The notes: generated by a model from the letters alone, not told the origin. 60,887 nucleotides of DNA, filler included, from 2 parts of 2 records of this genome joined end to end with filler, not necessarily neighbours in it, one strand, 5' to 3'; counted from the whole stretch's first letter, positions 1 to 9,717 are shown. Made by a program: numbers and translations.

Positions 1-138
1 GCTTAATAGTGCGGGCTGGAGAGGATTAAGCTATATATTAAAAATATTCACTAACTAGCTATTGCCAACTCTCTTATAGTATACATATTACTACACCTTA
101 CTTTTAACACTTAACCAATCAGGCTTACTGAACATACC

Positions 139-1200
139 ATGAAGTTCACAGCTATCAGCCCCCATAAGGCACATATCAAACACGGCCTAAAAACCGGAAT
201 CGCCGCAGTCCTCGCTTATATTGTTGCAGATCTATGCAGCCTTAAATTTGGATATTGGGCCGCACTTTCCGCAGTTATTGTCATGCAGATCAACGTTGCC
301 GACTCCATCAAGATGTGCTGGTACCGCTTTTCAGGAACTGCCATCGGTGCTTTCATAGGTGTTATATGCATTCTTGCTTTTCCGCAGACACCATACATGA
401 CCATGCTAGCGCTTTTTCTTTCTGTAGGTTTCTGCGCATACATGACCCGGTACAACAACCGCTACAAAATGGCAGCAATTACGACTACCATTGTAACCTT
501 GGCAAGTCTCGGTGAGCCTAACCGTGTTGAATTCGGATTATTCAGAGTTGTGGAAATCGGTATCGGCGTAGCCAGTGCCTTTGTCACAAGCATAACACTC
601 TGGCCCTTGCGTGCTTCTGAAACATTAAAGAAAGAACTGTTTACGCAATTTGAAGAATGCGCGGCAAACTATGAAACCCTGATGGAAGGCTTTCTCGATA
701 AACAGAGCTGCCTGATTCCCAGTGCTCTTGAAGCATTCAACAGCAGGCTGGCCAAGAATCGTGAAACCTATGCCAAAGTAATTCGTCTCGAAAGATTCAT
801 ATACATAGAAGACACTCAACTGTTAGGGATGAAGGTTGAAATCCTGGAAAAATGTGCATCACACCTACGGGCTATGCTGCATGCATTAAGCCACGTGCAC
901 GGTGAGGGGTATCATATCATTATGGAAGACGAATTGCGCCAGCTGGCAAAAGTAACCTCACAAGCCATGCGCGATATTGGATCACAGAGAATCCCGGATG
1001 AAAAATCGCTACACGATGCTCTTGTAGCTTCCCAGAAGAAGTTGGAGACATTGCGCAATGAAGGGGCAACACGTAGGTTTTATTTACAAAAGATGATCCA
1101 GTTTTTTGCCTTTTATCACAGCGCGCAATTCATTTGTGAAGACCTGCTCCGCTACACTCGAGAAAGAAAAAGGATTAACAACAAACTTACTAAGAACTAG
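139..1200 (+). CDS. FUSC / aromatic acid exporter family membrane protein
   Basis: N-terminal TM helices with typical 'HGLKTGIAAVLAY..GYWAALSAVIVMQ..R..GT.IGA' and 'RVVEIGIG' motifs, followed by a helical cytoplasmic tail. Confidence 0.85.
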   Translation: MKFTAISPHKAHIKHGLKTGIAAVLAYIVADLCSLKFGYWAALSAVIVMQINVADSIKMCWYRFSGTAIGAFIGVICILAFPQTPYMTMLALFLSVGFCAYMTRYNNRYKMAAITTTIVTLASLGEPNRVEFGLFRVVEIGIGVASAFVTSITLWPLRASETLKKELFTQFEECAANYETLMEGFLDKQSCLIPSALEAFNSRLAKNRETYAKVIRLERFIYIEDTQLLGMKVEILEKCASHLRAMLHALSHVHGEGYHIIMEDELRQLAKVTSQAMRDIGSQRIPDEKSLHDALVASQKKLETLRNEGATRRFYLQKMIQFFAFYHSAQFICEDLLRYTRERKRINNKLTKN

Positions 1201-1904
1201 TACACGCCTGCCAGACTAAGCAGGAGCTTATCGGCTTCAGGCTTGTCATGCTTATGAGTCATAAGCAATTCGCGTACGCTGACTTTCTTTCCATAATACC
1301 TTTTATTGAAATCATGACTGACCATGAACGCACCGGTACGGTAGGTCATTCCTCCGTAAGCACCAGCCTGATCCACCAGCAGAAGAATATTTCCTTCAGC
1401 ATCAAAAATTCCACGATTGCTGCGTTCAGCAGTATGCCCAACGGCCATATCAGCGCCTAACGAAAGATCAATCTTTCCACCAAGCGCATCCTCCAAGGCC
1501 TGATCATCCATGAGAAACACCAGCAGTGTTTTGCCTTCCACCCCACCCTGAAGACCAATATCAACTCCAGCCATATTAAAAAAAGCAGGCCCATTCCAGA
1601 ATCCGGTATCATCCTTAGCACAAAGGACCCCAGGACCAACTTCTGCTCCGACCATAAAAGCAGCCTTGTACACATCTGGAAAGATGAACACAGCTCGTGA
1701 TTCTTCCAACAAATGATCAATATGCGGCCAATTACCTTTGGTTCGCATTTGATTGAGAGCACAAACAGACGAATCGACAATACGCTGCATAACTGTTGAA
1801 GAATTACTGACGCAAGGATTGCCCACAAACTTTTTCACAGGGGTACACGAGCAGAAAATAGTAATCGTAAGTACCAGTAGGAGTGCCAATATTTTTTTTA
1901 TCAT
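1197..1904 (-). CDS. Ysc84/SYLF lipid-binding domain lipoprotein
   Basis: Signal peptide with lipobox-like FCSC; 'AVFIFPDVYKAAFMVGAEVGPGVL', 'GLQGG' and 'NKRYYG' match the Ysc84 pattern. Confidence 0.85.
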   Translation of the reverse strand: MIKKILALLLVLTITIFCSCTPVKKFVGNPCVSNSSTVMQRIVDSSVCALNQMRTKGNWPHIDHLLEESRAVFIFPDVYKAAFMVGAEVGPGVLCAKDDTGFWNGPAFFNMAGVDIGLQGGVEGKTLLVFLMDDQALEDALGGKIDLSLGADMAVGHTAERSNRGIFDAEGNILLLVDQAGAYGGMTYRTGAFMVSHDFNKRYYGKKVSVRELLMTHKHDKPEADKLLLSLAGVY

Positions 1905-2060
1905 GCTACATACTAACCTGAGATGAATTGAATCATCAACCGAAGCTGAGCTGTCATCTCTCCTCTTTTCAAGAAAATTTTCAAATGATAAAAAATGTCA
2001 TGTCAAAGCCAACAAAACATGTTTAGTAAATATTAACGAAACACATTTGAAGGGAAATAA

Positions 2061-2954
2061 ATGTCTACCATATTGAAACCGTACAATGAAAGAATGATGG
2101 AGGTACTGCTCTATATCCAGCGCAATCTGGATGGAGACCTCTCTCCGGAAACACTGGCTGAACAAGCCTGTTTTTCGGTTGCCCACTTCCATCGTATTTT
2201 CAAAGGCATGGTTGGGGAAAGCCTGAAAGAACATGTGCGCCGATTACGCTTGGAGCGTGCGGCCTATCGTCTTTGCTACACGGACAACTCTATTATGGAT
2301 ATTGCTCTTGATGCAGGTTTTGAATTTCCTGAAACATTCAGCAGGGCCTTCAAGAAAATGTTTCTGATTCCACCGAGTGATTTCAGGAATAGTGCACGGA
2401 AGATATTCGCTCCCAGTAATGATGGCAAAATCCACTATATCCCGGACCCGTGTGTTAATGGTCTTAGGCAGAAAGTTTCTCATCTTGCCTGCAAAGTGGA
2501 TATACGTACCCGAGAGGATGTGCAGGCAATTTTTATACGGCATCTAGGAAGATATTTCGATGTAGAAAAGGCGTGGAAAAAACTTTGCGGCTGGGGCTAT
2601 GAAAAAGGTATGCTCTGCGCAGAAACAGAATTTTTAGGAATCTGCTATGATAATCCGGATATAACTCCCGAAGGAAAAATCCGCTACGATGCATGTTTTA
2701 CCATTGCCCAAGAAATTGAAACGCCTCCAGAAATAGGAATCCAGGTAATTCCTGGCGGGAAATTCGCAGTTACCACTCACCATGGTCCGTACGAAGGCCT
2801 GCTTGATACATACCGGGAGTTCTACGGAGAATGGATCCCTGCAAACGGCTATAAACTGAAGGACGATGTTCCGTCTTTTGAAAAATATATCAAAGTTCCA
2901 CCGGATGTTCCGCCCGAAGAAGCGGTTACGGAAATCTGGTTGGCCATTCATTAA
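2061..2954 (+). CDS. AraC family regulator with C-terminal GyrI-like effector-binding domain
   Basis: N-terminal AraC double HTH (FSVAHFHRIFK...IALDAGFEFPETFSRAFKK); GyrI-like 'YDNPDITPEGKIRYDAC' and 'GGKFAVTTHHGPY'. Confidence 0.92.
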   Translation: MSTILKPYNERMMEVLLYIQRNLDGDLSPETLAEQACFSVAHFHRIFKGMVGESLKEHVRRLRLERAAYRLCYTDNSIMDIALDAGFEFPETFSRAFKKMFLIPPSDFRNSARKIFAPSNDGKIHYIPDPCVNGLRQKVSHLACKVDIRTREDVQAIFIRHLGRYFDVEKAWKKLCGWGYEKGMLCAETEFLGICYDNPDITPEGKIRYDACFTIAQEIETPPEIGIQVIPGGKFAVTTHHGPYEGLLDTYREFYGEWIPANGYKLKDDVPSFEKYIKVPPDVPPEEAVTEIWLAIH

Positions 2955-2977
2955 TACAAAAAAAAGGAGTGCTGAAA

Positions 2978-3439
2978 ATGAACGTACAAATCTGGACCCT
3001 TGATCCGGCTAAAATGGCTTACGCTGAACATGTCGGACCTTATGAAGAAGTTGGAAAAGCATGGGAAAAACTCTGCGGTTGGGCTGGACCCAATGGTATT
3101 TTCAACGAAAAGACCAGATTCTACGGAGTCTACCACGATGATCCGGGGCAGGTTCCAGCGGAAGAGCTACGCTCCGAAGCTTGCATTACTTTGGAAAATG
3201 AAGTCGAAGCACCCGCTGGAATCAAACTCAAAGATTTCCCCGGCGGCAAGTATGCAGTTACGACTCACCTCGGACCTTACGAAAAACTCAAAGATTCTTG
3301 GACTGAATTCTACGAGAAATGGCTCCCGCAGAGCGGAGAAACTCACGCCGAAGCACCCTGCTATGAGCAGTATATGAACGACCCCAACAACACAAAACCA
3401 GAACATTTGGTTACTGTATTGCTCATGCCTTTAAAGTAG
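2978..3439 (+). CDS. Stand-alone GyrI-like small-molecule-binding protein
   Basis: 'HVGPYEEVGKAWEKL', 'GGKYAVTTHLGPY', 'YEQYMNDP'. ATG 2978 preferred because the GGAG RBS overlaps the GTG at 2969. Confidence 0.9.
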   Translation: MNVQIWTLDPAKMAYAEHVGPYEEVGKAWEKLCGWAGPNGIFNEKTRFYGVYHDDPGQVPAEELRSEACITLENEVEAPAGIKLKDFPGGKYAVTTHLGPYEKLKDSWTEFYEKWLPQSGETHAEAPCYEQYMNDPNNTKPEHLVTVLLMPLK

Positions 3440-3446
3440 GACACGT

Positions 3447-3484
3447 AAAAAACGCCCCGCCTCCGTTCAACCGGATGCGGGGCG
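3447..3484. terminator. Intrinsic terminator between convergent genes
   Basis: CGCCCCGC/GCGGGGCG stem; upstream A-run gives a U-tract on the minus strand. Confidence 0.7.
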
Positions 3485-3504
3485 CACTATTTCTATGAAC
3501 CAGA

Positions 3505-4383
3505 TTAATAACTGGCAATCATAATTTTATTTTCCATCATCATGGGAATCCAGAGCCTTTTTCCTTTCTGATCCAGATAAAAATCAGCAGGACCGCCTAT
3601 TTTTTCACCAAGATCAAAAGTGGAAATCTCTCCTGTTTCAACATCCTGCCGGATCAAGACCCCTTCTTTTTTAAAATCAACCCAATCGGAAACGATTATA
3701 TTTCCGTCATGATAAACCATTCCATCATAAAATCCATTTCTCGGGCTGATCTTCTCAAAATAGAACTTACCCCCATCAATATACCCTTTACCGACAACAC
3801 CATTGGGCTGGTGGTCTTTACCGAATGAGCAAAGATAAATAGTCCCGGTCTTGGAATCATAAGAAAGGCCGTTAGGACCAAAAAGATCAGAGTCACATTC
3901 AAGTTTAGTAAAATATGGATTGGAAGAGGTTCCCAAAATGAAAAGAGCGCCACTATCCATGGCCGAGACAAGCAACTTATCCTCACCAATGACAGCGAGT
4001 CCATTCAGAAATGAAGTTCCTTCGCCGGAAAAATCCACATCAACCACCTGCTTCCCATTATCCAGCTCAAAACCTTTAATCCGGTCAATATCGGCGACAT
4101 AAAGGATACCGTTAAGCACGACCATCCCCTTTGGGGCATCGAGTCCCTTAATAAACTTACGCTCAAGAACCTTTCCTTCATGAGATAGCCGGGAAATATA
4201 CCCATCTCCATCTTTATCCATAGGCTTGAGTTTTTCCCCCACATTGGAAACATAAAAATATATCCCGTCCGAAGTGACACTTTCCGGTGAAGAAAAACCA
4301 TCCACGACGATAATTTTTGTTGAGCAGGCTACGAGCTGCAAAGTCATAAAAAGACAAATTGCGATGATTGAATACTTACGCAT
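3505..4383 (-). CDS. SMP-30/gluconolactonase-like beta-propeller lipoprotein ('periplasmic ATP/GTP-binding protein' type)
   Basis: Lipobox LVAC; blade motifs 'PESV', 'LDAPKGM', 'LYVADID', 'PNGL', 'DG', 'GPAD'. Confidence 0.75.
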   Translation of the reverse strand: MRKYSIIAICLFMTLQLVACSTKIIVVDGFSSPESVTSDGIYFYVSNVGEKLKPMDKDGDGYISRLSHEGKVLERKFIKGLDAPKGMVVLNGILYVADIDRIKGFELDNGKQVVDVDFSGEGTSFLNGLAVIGEDKLLVSAMDSGALFILGTSSNPYFTKLECDSDLFGPNGLSYDSKTGTIYLCSFGKDHQPNGVVGKGYIDGGKFYFEKISPRNGFYDGMVYHDGNIIVSDWVDFKKEGVLIRQDVETGEISTFDLGEKIGGPADFYLDQKGKRLWIPMMMENKIMIASY

Positions 4384-4444
4384 AAACTTTCTCCTTGTTC
4401 TGTTTGAAAAAAAGCTAGCGCAAAGAGTCGGAGAGGACTTGCGT

Positions 4445-5326
4445 TTAAAGATCAGATTTTGCTGATTTCAGTTCAGCACGATATTCGCGGGGAGTTACTC
4501 CGTAATTTTTTCGGAAAAGAGTGCTGAAGTGGGACAAACTTTCGTAGCCTGATTCATAAGATATTTCGGTAATGCTCTTAGCTGAATTACGAATAAGCTG
4601 CTCCGCCCACAACATACGACGTTCACGAATCCAGCGTGCGGGAGTGGTATTAAACCTTTTTTTGAACTCGCGTTTAAAAGATGAAAGGCTGCGTCCGGAA
4701 AGTTCCGCCATGGTTTCCAGACTGATATTTTTATTAAAATATCGTTCCATAACCTCAGTTAAATCTCCCCTGCTCCCATTTCTGCAAGAAGTTAAAAAAC
4801 TGACAAACTCTTCATTCTCCGGGGTTGTACATATATAATGTAGCAACTCGTGAACCTTCAGTCTTAAGAACGCATCATTTTTACCCAGCGGGGATTCAAA
4901 TAAAGAAAGCATGGATGAAAGATAGATACTGACCTGATCCCCCACTTTAATATCAAAAGCCGAACGATCCTTAGCAGTAGCAATCTTCTCTTCTGCGGAA
5001 AGTCGATCTACAAAATCCCCCAGCATGGCGTCATCAAAAAAGAAAAGAACTGTATCAAATGTCCCTCCTTGTTCCGGAATCATCTCAGACATTAGATGGC
5101 AGCCCTTGCGGCAAAAAAAAGCTTCACCTTTACGAATCATCATATCCCCGTCAGCGGAATGAATATATTTCGTACCCTCAAGCACAAAGACAAGGGAGTG
5201 CTGAGACACGCAAACTTCATGACGGATTTCTGATTTTCTGCTCTGGAATTGCACAAAGGTAATTCCATCCACAGTAATATCAGCGAATTCAGGGGAGTTA
5301 TGAATAAAACGAGGGATTGTCAGCAT
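4445..5326 (-). CDS. AraC family regulator (ExsA-like N-terminal domain)
   Basis: C-terminal HTH 'AELSGRSLSSFKREFK...TPARWI...GYESLSHFSTLFRKNYGVTP'. Confidence 0.9.
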   Translation of the reverse strand: MLTIPRFIHNSPEFADITVDGITFVQFQSRKSEIRHEVCVSQHSLVFVLEGTKYIHSADGDMMIRKGEAFFCRKGCHLMSEMIPEQGGTFDTVLFFFDDAMLGDFVDRLSAEEKIATAKDRSAFDIKVGDQVSIYLSSMLSLFESPLGKNDAFLRLKVHELLHYICTTPENEEFVSFLTSCRNGSRGDLTEVMERYFNKNISLETMAELSGRSLSSFKREFKKRFNTTPARWIRERRMLWAEQLIRNSAKSITEISYESGYESLSHFSTLFRKNYGVTPREYRAELKSAKSDL

Positions 5327-5335
5327 AGGAAAGGA

Positions 5336-5360
5336 AAAGGGCCGTACAAAACGGCCCTTT
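5336..5360 (-). terminator. Intrinsic terminator after asnS
   Basis: AAAGGGCCGT/ACGGCCCTTT perfect stem. Confidence 0.7.
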
Positions 5361-5372
5361 ATAATTTAATGA

Positions 5373-6764
5373 TTAGAATTCAAGATTCTTGGGTGTTCTG
5401 GGGAACGGAATAACGTCGCGGATATTAGTCACGCCTGTGAGCAGCATGAGCATACGTTCGAAGCCCATACCGAATCCTGCGTGCGGTGCGGTTCCAAAAC
5501 GGCGGGTATCAAGGTACCACCAGTAATCATCGGAATCCATTCCAGTTTCAGCAATTCTGCTTTCCAAAACATCAAGCCTTTCTTCTCGCTGAGATCCACC
5601 GACCAGCTCACCAATTCTGGGAACAAGCAGGTCCATGGCGGCAACAGTCTTATCATCGTCGTTCACACGCATGTAAAACGGTTTGATTTCCTTGGGGTAA
5701 TCATAAACGATGACCGGCTTCTTGAAATGTTTCTCAGTGAGATACCTTTCATGCTCAGTTTGCAGGTCCTGTCCGTATTCAGGATAATATTCAAATTTCT
5801 TGGCCTTCTTGCAACGCTGTAGCAGATTCACTGCATCTTCATAACGGATGCGCTCGAACTCATTATCCAGAGTATTGCGCAGAGTATCCATCAAGGTTTT
5901 GTCCACAAATTTTGCGAACAGCTCAATGTCGTCAGCACATTTATCAAGAACATGACTAATGAGATATTTAACCATCTCCTCACCAAGATCCATATTATCG
6001 TTGAGATCGGCAAATGCGACTTCAGGTTCAATCATCCAAAACTCAGCAGCATGACGCGGAGTGTTGGATTTTTCAGCGCGGAAGGTAGGACCGAAAGTGT
6101 ATACCTGTCCGAGAGAAAGAGCATACATTTCAGCATCAAGCTGACCTGAAACTGTCAGGTGTGCTTCCTTACCGAAGAAATCATTGGCACCCTGATCATC
6201 CTTTTTTATGGAAGAAAGAGCCTCGTGATCAAGGGAAGTAACCCGGAACATTTCACCAGCGCCTTCACAGTCAGAACCGGTAATAATCGGAGTATGTACG
6301 TAAAAGAATCCCTTGTCGCGGAAAAACTTATGGATCGCGTAGGAAAGCTCGGAACGAATACGGAACATGGCACCGAATTTATTTGTGCGCGGGCGCAGAT
6401 GAGCTATGGAACGCAAGAACTCATCGGAGTGACGTTTTTTCTGGAGTGGAAAAGTTTCGGGATCAGCAAAGCCGATCATCTCAATAGACTTGCCGCGAAC
6501 TTCCCACTTCTGGCCTTTACCCGGAGATTCAACCAGCCCACCAACTACGCTCACAGATGCTCCGGTGGAAATTTTCTCAAGTTCAGCTTCGATTTCCGGA
6601 GTATGGTCGATAATAACCTGCACATTCTTCAAGCAGGAACCGTCGTTAACCTCCAAGAATGAAAACCCTTTATTGTCACGCTTAGTGCGGACCCAACCTT
6701 TAACCAGAATTTCTGACGCAGCACTTTCCGCATTCAAAATATCTTTAACGCATGTTCTTCTCAT
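5373..6764 (-). CDS. asnS: Asparagine--tRNA ligase
   Basis: OB-fold 'VKGWVRTKR', 'HLRPRTN', 'LTVSGQL', 'GPTFRAE', 'EFWMIEPE', motif 3 'GFGMGFER', C-terminal 'VIPFPRTP'. Confidence 0.97.
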   Translation of the reverse strand: MRRTCVKDILNAESAASEILVKGWVRTKRDNKGFSFLEVNDGSCLKNVQVIIDHTPEIEAELEKISTGASVSVVGGLVESPGKGQKWEVRGKSIEMIGFADPETFPLQKKRHSDEFLRSIAHLRPRTNKFGAMFRIRSELSYAIHKFFRDKGFFYVHTPIITGSDCEGAGEMFRVTSLDHEALSSIKKDDQGANDFFGKEAHLTVSGQLDAEMYALSLGQVYTFGPTFRAEKSNTPRHAAEFWMIEPEVAFADLNDNMDLGEEMVKYLISHVLDKCADDIELFAKFVDKTLMDTLRNTLDNEFERIRYEDAVNLLQRCKKAKKFEYYPEYGQDLQTEHERYLTEKHFKKPVIVYDYPKEIKPFYMRVNDDDKTVAAMDLLVPRIGELVGGSQREERLDVLESRIAETGMDSDDYWWYLDTRRFGTAPHAGFGMGFERMLMLLTGVTNIRDVIPFPRTPKNLEF

Positions 6765-6925
6765 AAATAGTCTCCAATCACTCGGTTTTGCGCCGATAAT
6801 TGCGCATCGCGTAAGATGTAGCTGCTAGACGAGCAAATTTCAACTAACTTATGCATCATTAATATAAGCAACTTGAGGACGAAAATATTTCTTTCAAATA
6901 TTTTCATTTTTAGCTTGCCTTTCAT

Positions 6926-6944
6926 AATAGGAATCGTTACTAAT
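6926..6944. promoter_or_regulatory. Putative PerR (Fur-family) operator overlapping the rubrerythrin promoter
   Basis: AATAGGAAT-C-GTTACTAAT imperfect 9-1-9 palindrome just downstream of a TTGCCT -35-like hexamer (6915-6920); resembles the Desulfovibrio PerR box as I recall it. Confidence 0.65.
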
Positions 6945-7016
6945 TATTTCAACAAAACGGAACAATGATTTTTAACTATAAATTCACACCCAAACTGAAT
7001 CACAAGGAGAATCCAA

Positions 7017-7514
7017 ATGACTAAAACACTCGAAAACCTTAAAGCAGCTTTCGCAGGCGAATCCCAGGCTAACCGTAAATACCTCGCTTTCGCAGACAAA
7101 GCAGAATCCGAAGGTAAGCCCGGTGTAGCAAAACTTTTCCGCGCAGCCGCTGCCGCTGAAACCATTCACGCTCATGCACATCTTCGCCTGATGAAAGGCA
7201 TCGGTTCCACTGAAGAAAACCTCAAGCAGGCTATCGAAGGCGAAAGCTACGAATTCGAATCCATGTACCCTGAGATGATGGAAGATGCTAAAGCTGAAGG
7301 TGAAAACGCAGTACTCCGTTACTTTGGTTTTGCCAACGAAGCAGAAAAAATCCACGCAAACCTTTACACTGAAGCACTCAATGCTGATGGTGATGTTTTC
7401 GCAGAAGCAGAATTCTACATCTGTTCCGTGTGTGGTCACACCCAGAACGGTGAAGCCACTGAAAAATGCCCTATCTGTGGAGCAGCTCCCAAGGCTTACC
7501 ACAAAGTGGACTAA
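7017..7514 (+). CDS. rbr: Rubrerythrin (ferritin-like diiron domain + rubredoxin-like domain)
   Basis: 'AFAGESQANRKY', ExxH pairs (ETIH, EKIH), C-terminal CSVCG...CPICG; AAGGAG RBS. Confidence 0.95.
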   Translation: MTKTLENLKAAFAGESQANRKYLAFADKAESEGKPGVAKLFRAAAAAETIHAHAHLRLMKGIGSTEENLKQAIEGESYEFESMYPEMMEDAKAEGENAVLRYFGFANEAEKIHANLYTEALNADGDVFAEAEFYICSVCGHTQNGEATEKCPICGAAPKAYHKVD

Positions 7515-7542
7515 TCCCACTTCTATTTTCAGTGACCTCTTC

Positions 7543-7575
7543 AGCCCCGCCGCATCCATGCGTGCGGGGCTTTTT
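7543..7575 (+). terminator. Intrinsic terminator after rbr
   Basis: AGCCCCGC...GCGGGGCT stem followed by a T-run. Confidence 0.8.
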
Positions 7576-7661
7576 CATTCAATAAAAGAAGAAACCCTAG
7601 ACTAAATTCATTGAATACCTATTTGTTATGCTGATGGTGGAAAACAGCCAAAACCGGACGG

Positions 7662-7690
7662 TTGCGCATCCGGGCTTACTGCGCTATCTT
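7662..7690 (+). promoter_or_regulatory. Putative sigma70 promoter of ftsY
   Basis: TTGCGC-N17-TATCTT. Confidence 0.45.
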
Positions 7691-7724
7691 CGCCTGTTCA
7701 AAATAGACTGCAAAGGGGATTTCA

Positions 7725-9527
7725 ATGGGATTCTTTTCAAAAGTAAAAAAATTGTGGAGCAGCCCGGAAGACAGGGCTGAACAAGCACTTAAAGATTATC
7801 TTGGCGATGACTATGAGACCGATGAAAAAGTAGAAGAACCGGAAGCAAAAGCTGAACCGGAGCCGACACCAGTTCCCGAACCGGAACCTACTCCTGAGCC
7901 GAAGCCTGTTGTTGAAGCTGAGCCGGAAGTAGTGGACGAAGTTGAACCGGAAGCAGACGAAGAAGCTCCTGTAGTTGAAACACAGCCCGAAGAGATTGAA
8001 GAAGAGGCTGAAATCCCGGCAGAAGAACTGATTACCGAAGAGCCTGCCGCAGAAGCTAAGGTTGTGGTTGAGCCTGAAATTTCATTTGAAGAGACAGCCC
8101 CTGAACCGGAAGTTATTGAAGAAACTCCCGTAGCAGAAGCCGTTCAGGAAGCTCCTGTTGTTGAAGATAAGTCGGAACCCGTTGCAGAACCAAAGCCGGA
8201 AGTTATTGAAGAAACACCTGCAGTAGAAGCAGAGCCTACGCCTGTTATTGAAAAACCGGCCGCCCCCACCAGACCGACCATTCTTGAGCCGGTCATGGAA
8301 ACCGAAGCACAGCCTGCGGAAGATAAGCCGCAGTGGCAGATTGAGCTGACTAAATCCCTGCAGCAGGCAGAGCCTCGTCTTTCTGTATGGCTGGGACTGA
8401 TCCTTGAAGGGATTGAAGAAGCCGGGGAGGATCTCTGGGATCGTCTCTCCTTCCTGCTGGAAGCACTTGAAGCACCGAAGAATGAAGCCGAAGACTTCAT
8501 CACCCGCTTCAAGGGCTGGCTCGAAGACATGGACTACGAGTATGTGGAAGACTTCCGTTCCGAACTCCAGTACCGCTTGGCCCTCGCCCTTGAACTTGAG
8601 GATGAGGAAGATGAGCGAAGCCGCTTGTTCATCAAGCTTTCCGAAGGTCTGAACAAGACCCGCGAGCAGATCACCAAGCGCATCGACTCCATGCTTTCCA
8701 GTCATACCGCATTTGATGACGATTTCTGGGAAGAATTCGAAGAAATCATGATCATGGCTGATGTTGGATATGATGCTTCCATGGAACTTGTGGAACGGAT
8801 GAAAGAACGTGTCCGCAAGGCAGGAGAAACCAACCCTGAGAATTTCAAAGACCTGCTGCGCGAAGAACTGGACGATATATTCAAGGTTCCCAAACGCATC
8901 AAAGCTTTCAACCCGCCGGAAGTCGTCATGATGATCGGCGTAAACGGTGTTGGTAAAACCACCACCATCGCCAAGCTGGCCCATCGCGCCCAGATGCAGG
9001 GCCGCAAGGTTCTCATCGTTGCCGGTGATACTTTCCGCGCAGCAGCAATCGGCCAGTTGGAAGTCTGGGCCCGCCGCGTCGGTGCCGGATTCTACGCCAA
9101 GGCAGAAGGTTCCGACCCCGCTGCTGTTGCTTACGAAGCCATCGATTACGCTGTAAAGAACGGCTATGACCTCATGCTGCTTGATACGGCCGGACGTCTG
9201 CACAACAAAGCTAACCTCATGGAAGAGCTGCACAAAATCCGCAGGGTACTCGGCAAGAAGCATGATGAAGCACCGCACCGCAGCGTGCTCGTCATTGATG
9301 CCACCACCGGACAGAATGCCCTCTCCCAGACCAAGATCTTCAACGAAGAAGTCGGCGTTGATGAACTGATTCTGACCAAGCTGGACGGAACAGCCAAAGG
9401 CGGGGTCATGATCGCGGTAACCATGCAGCACAAACTGCCCATCACCCACATCGGATTGGGTGAAAAAATGGAAGACCTCAGGCCGTTTAATGGTGAAGAC
9501 TTTGCTAAAGCACTGTTGCTGTCGTAG
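7725..9527 (+). CDS. ftsY: Signal recognition particle-docking protein FtsY with long acidic N-terminal region
   Basis: 'GVNGVGKTTTIAKLA', 'DTFRAAA', 'DTAGR', 'TKLDGTAKGG'; E/P-rich A-domain. Confidence 0.97.
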   Translation: MGFFSKVKKLWSSPEDRAEQALKDYLGDDYETDEKVEEPEAKAEPEPTPVPEPEPTPEPKPVVEAEPEVVDEVEPEADEEAPVVETQPEEIEEEAEIPAEELITEEPAAEAKVVVEPEISFEETAPEPEVIEETPVAEAVQEAPVVEDKSEPVAEPKPEVIEETPAVEAEPTPVIEKPAAPTRPTILEPVMETEAQPAEDKPQWQIELTKSLQQAEPRLSVWLGLILEGIEEAGEDLWDRLSFLLEALEAPKNEAEDFITRFKGWLEDMDYEYVEDFRSELQYRLALALELEDEEDERSRLFIKLSEGLNKTREQITKRIDSMLSSHTAFDDDFWEEFEEIMIMADVGYDASMELVERMKERVRKAGETNPENFKDLLREELDDIFKVPKRIKAFNPPEVVMMIGVNGVGKTTTIAKLAHRAQMQGRKVLIVAGDTFRAAAIGQLEVWARRVGAGFYAKAEGSDPAAVAYEAIDYAVKNGYDLMLLDTAGRLHNKANLMEELHKIRRVLGKKHDEAPHRSVLVIDATTGQNALSQTKIFNEEVGVDELILTKLDGTAKGGVMIAVTMQHKLPITHIGLGEKMEDLRPFNGEDFAKALLLS

Positions 9528-9547
9528 ACACAACAATCTTTAATAAT

Positions 9548-9592
9548 AAAACAAAAAACCGCCCGACTTCCAGTCGGGCGGTTTTTTGTTTT
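9548..9592 (+). terminator. Intrinsic terminator after ftsY
   Basis: AAAACAAAAAACCGCCCGACT/AGTCGGGCGGTTTTTTGTTTT perfect inverted repeat. Confidence 0.9.
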
Positions 9593-9717
9593 GAAAATCA
9601 GATTGAATCCTTAAAAATACTTCACAAAACACTAGCCAAGCTTTATACGGCCAAAGCTATAAACAATCTAAACACCTAATCAAAGCCGATTCAATACAAA
9701 AAACACAGAATACAATC

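Noticed and set aside
8082-9536. 484-aa antisense ORF over ftsY
   Set aside because: Shadow of the biased codon usage of ftsY; no recognisable motifs
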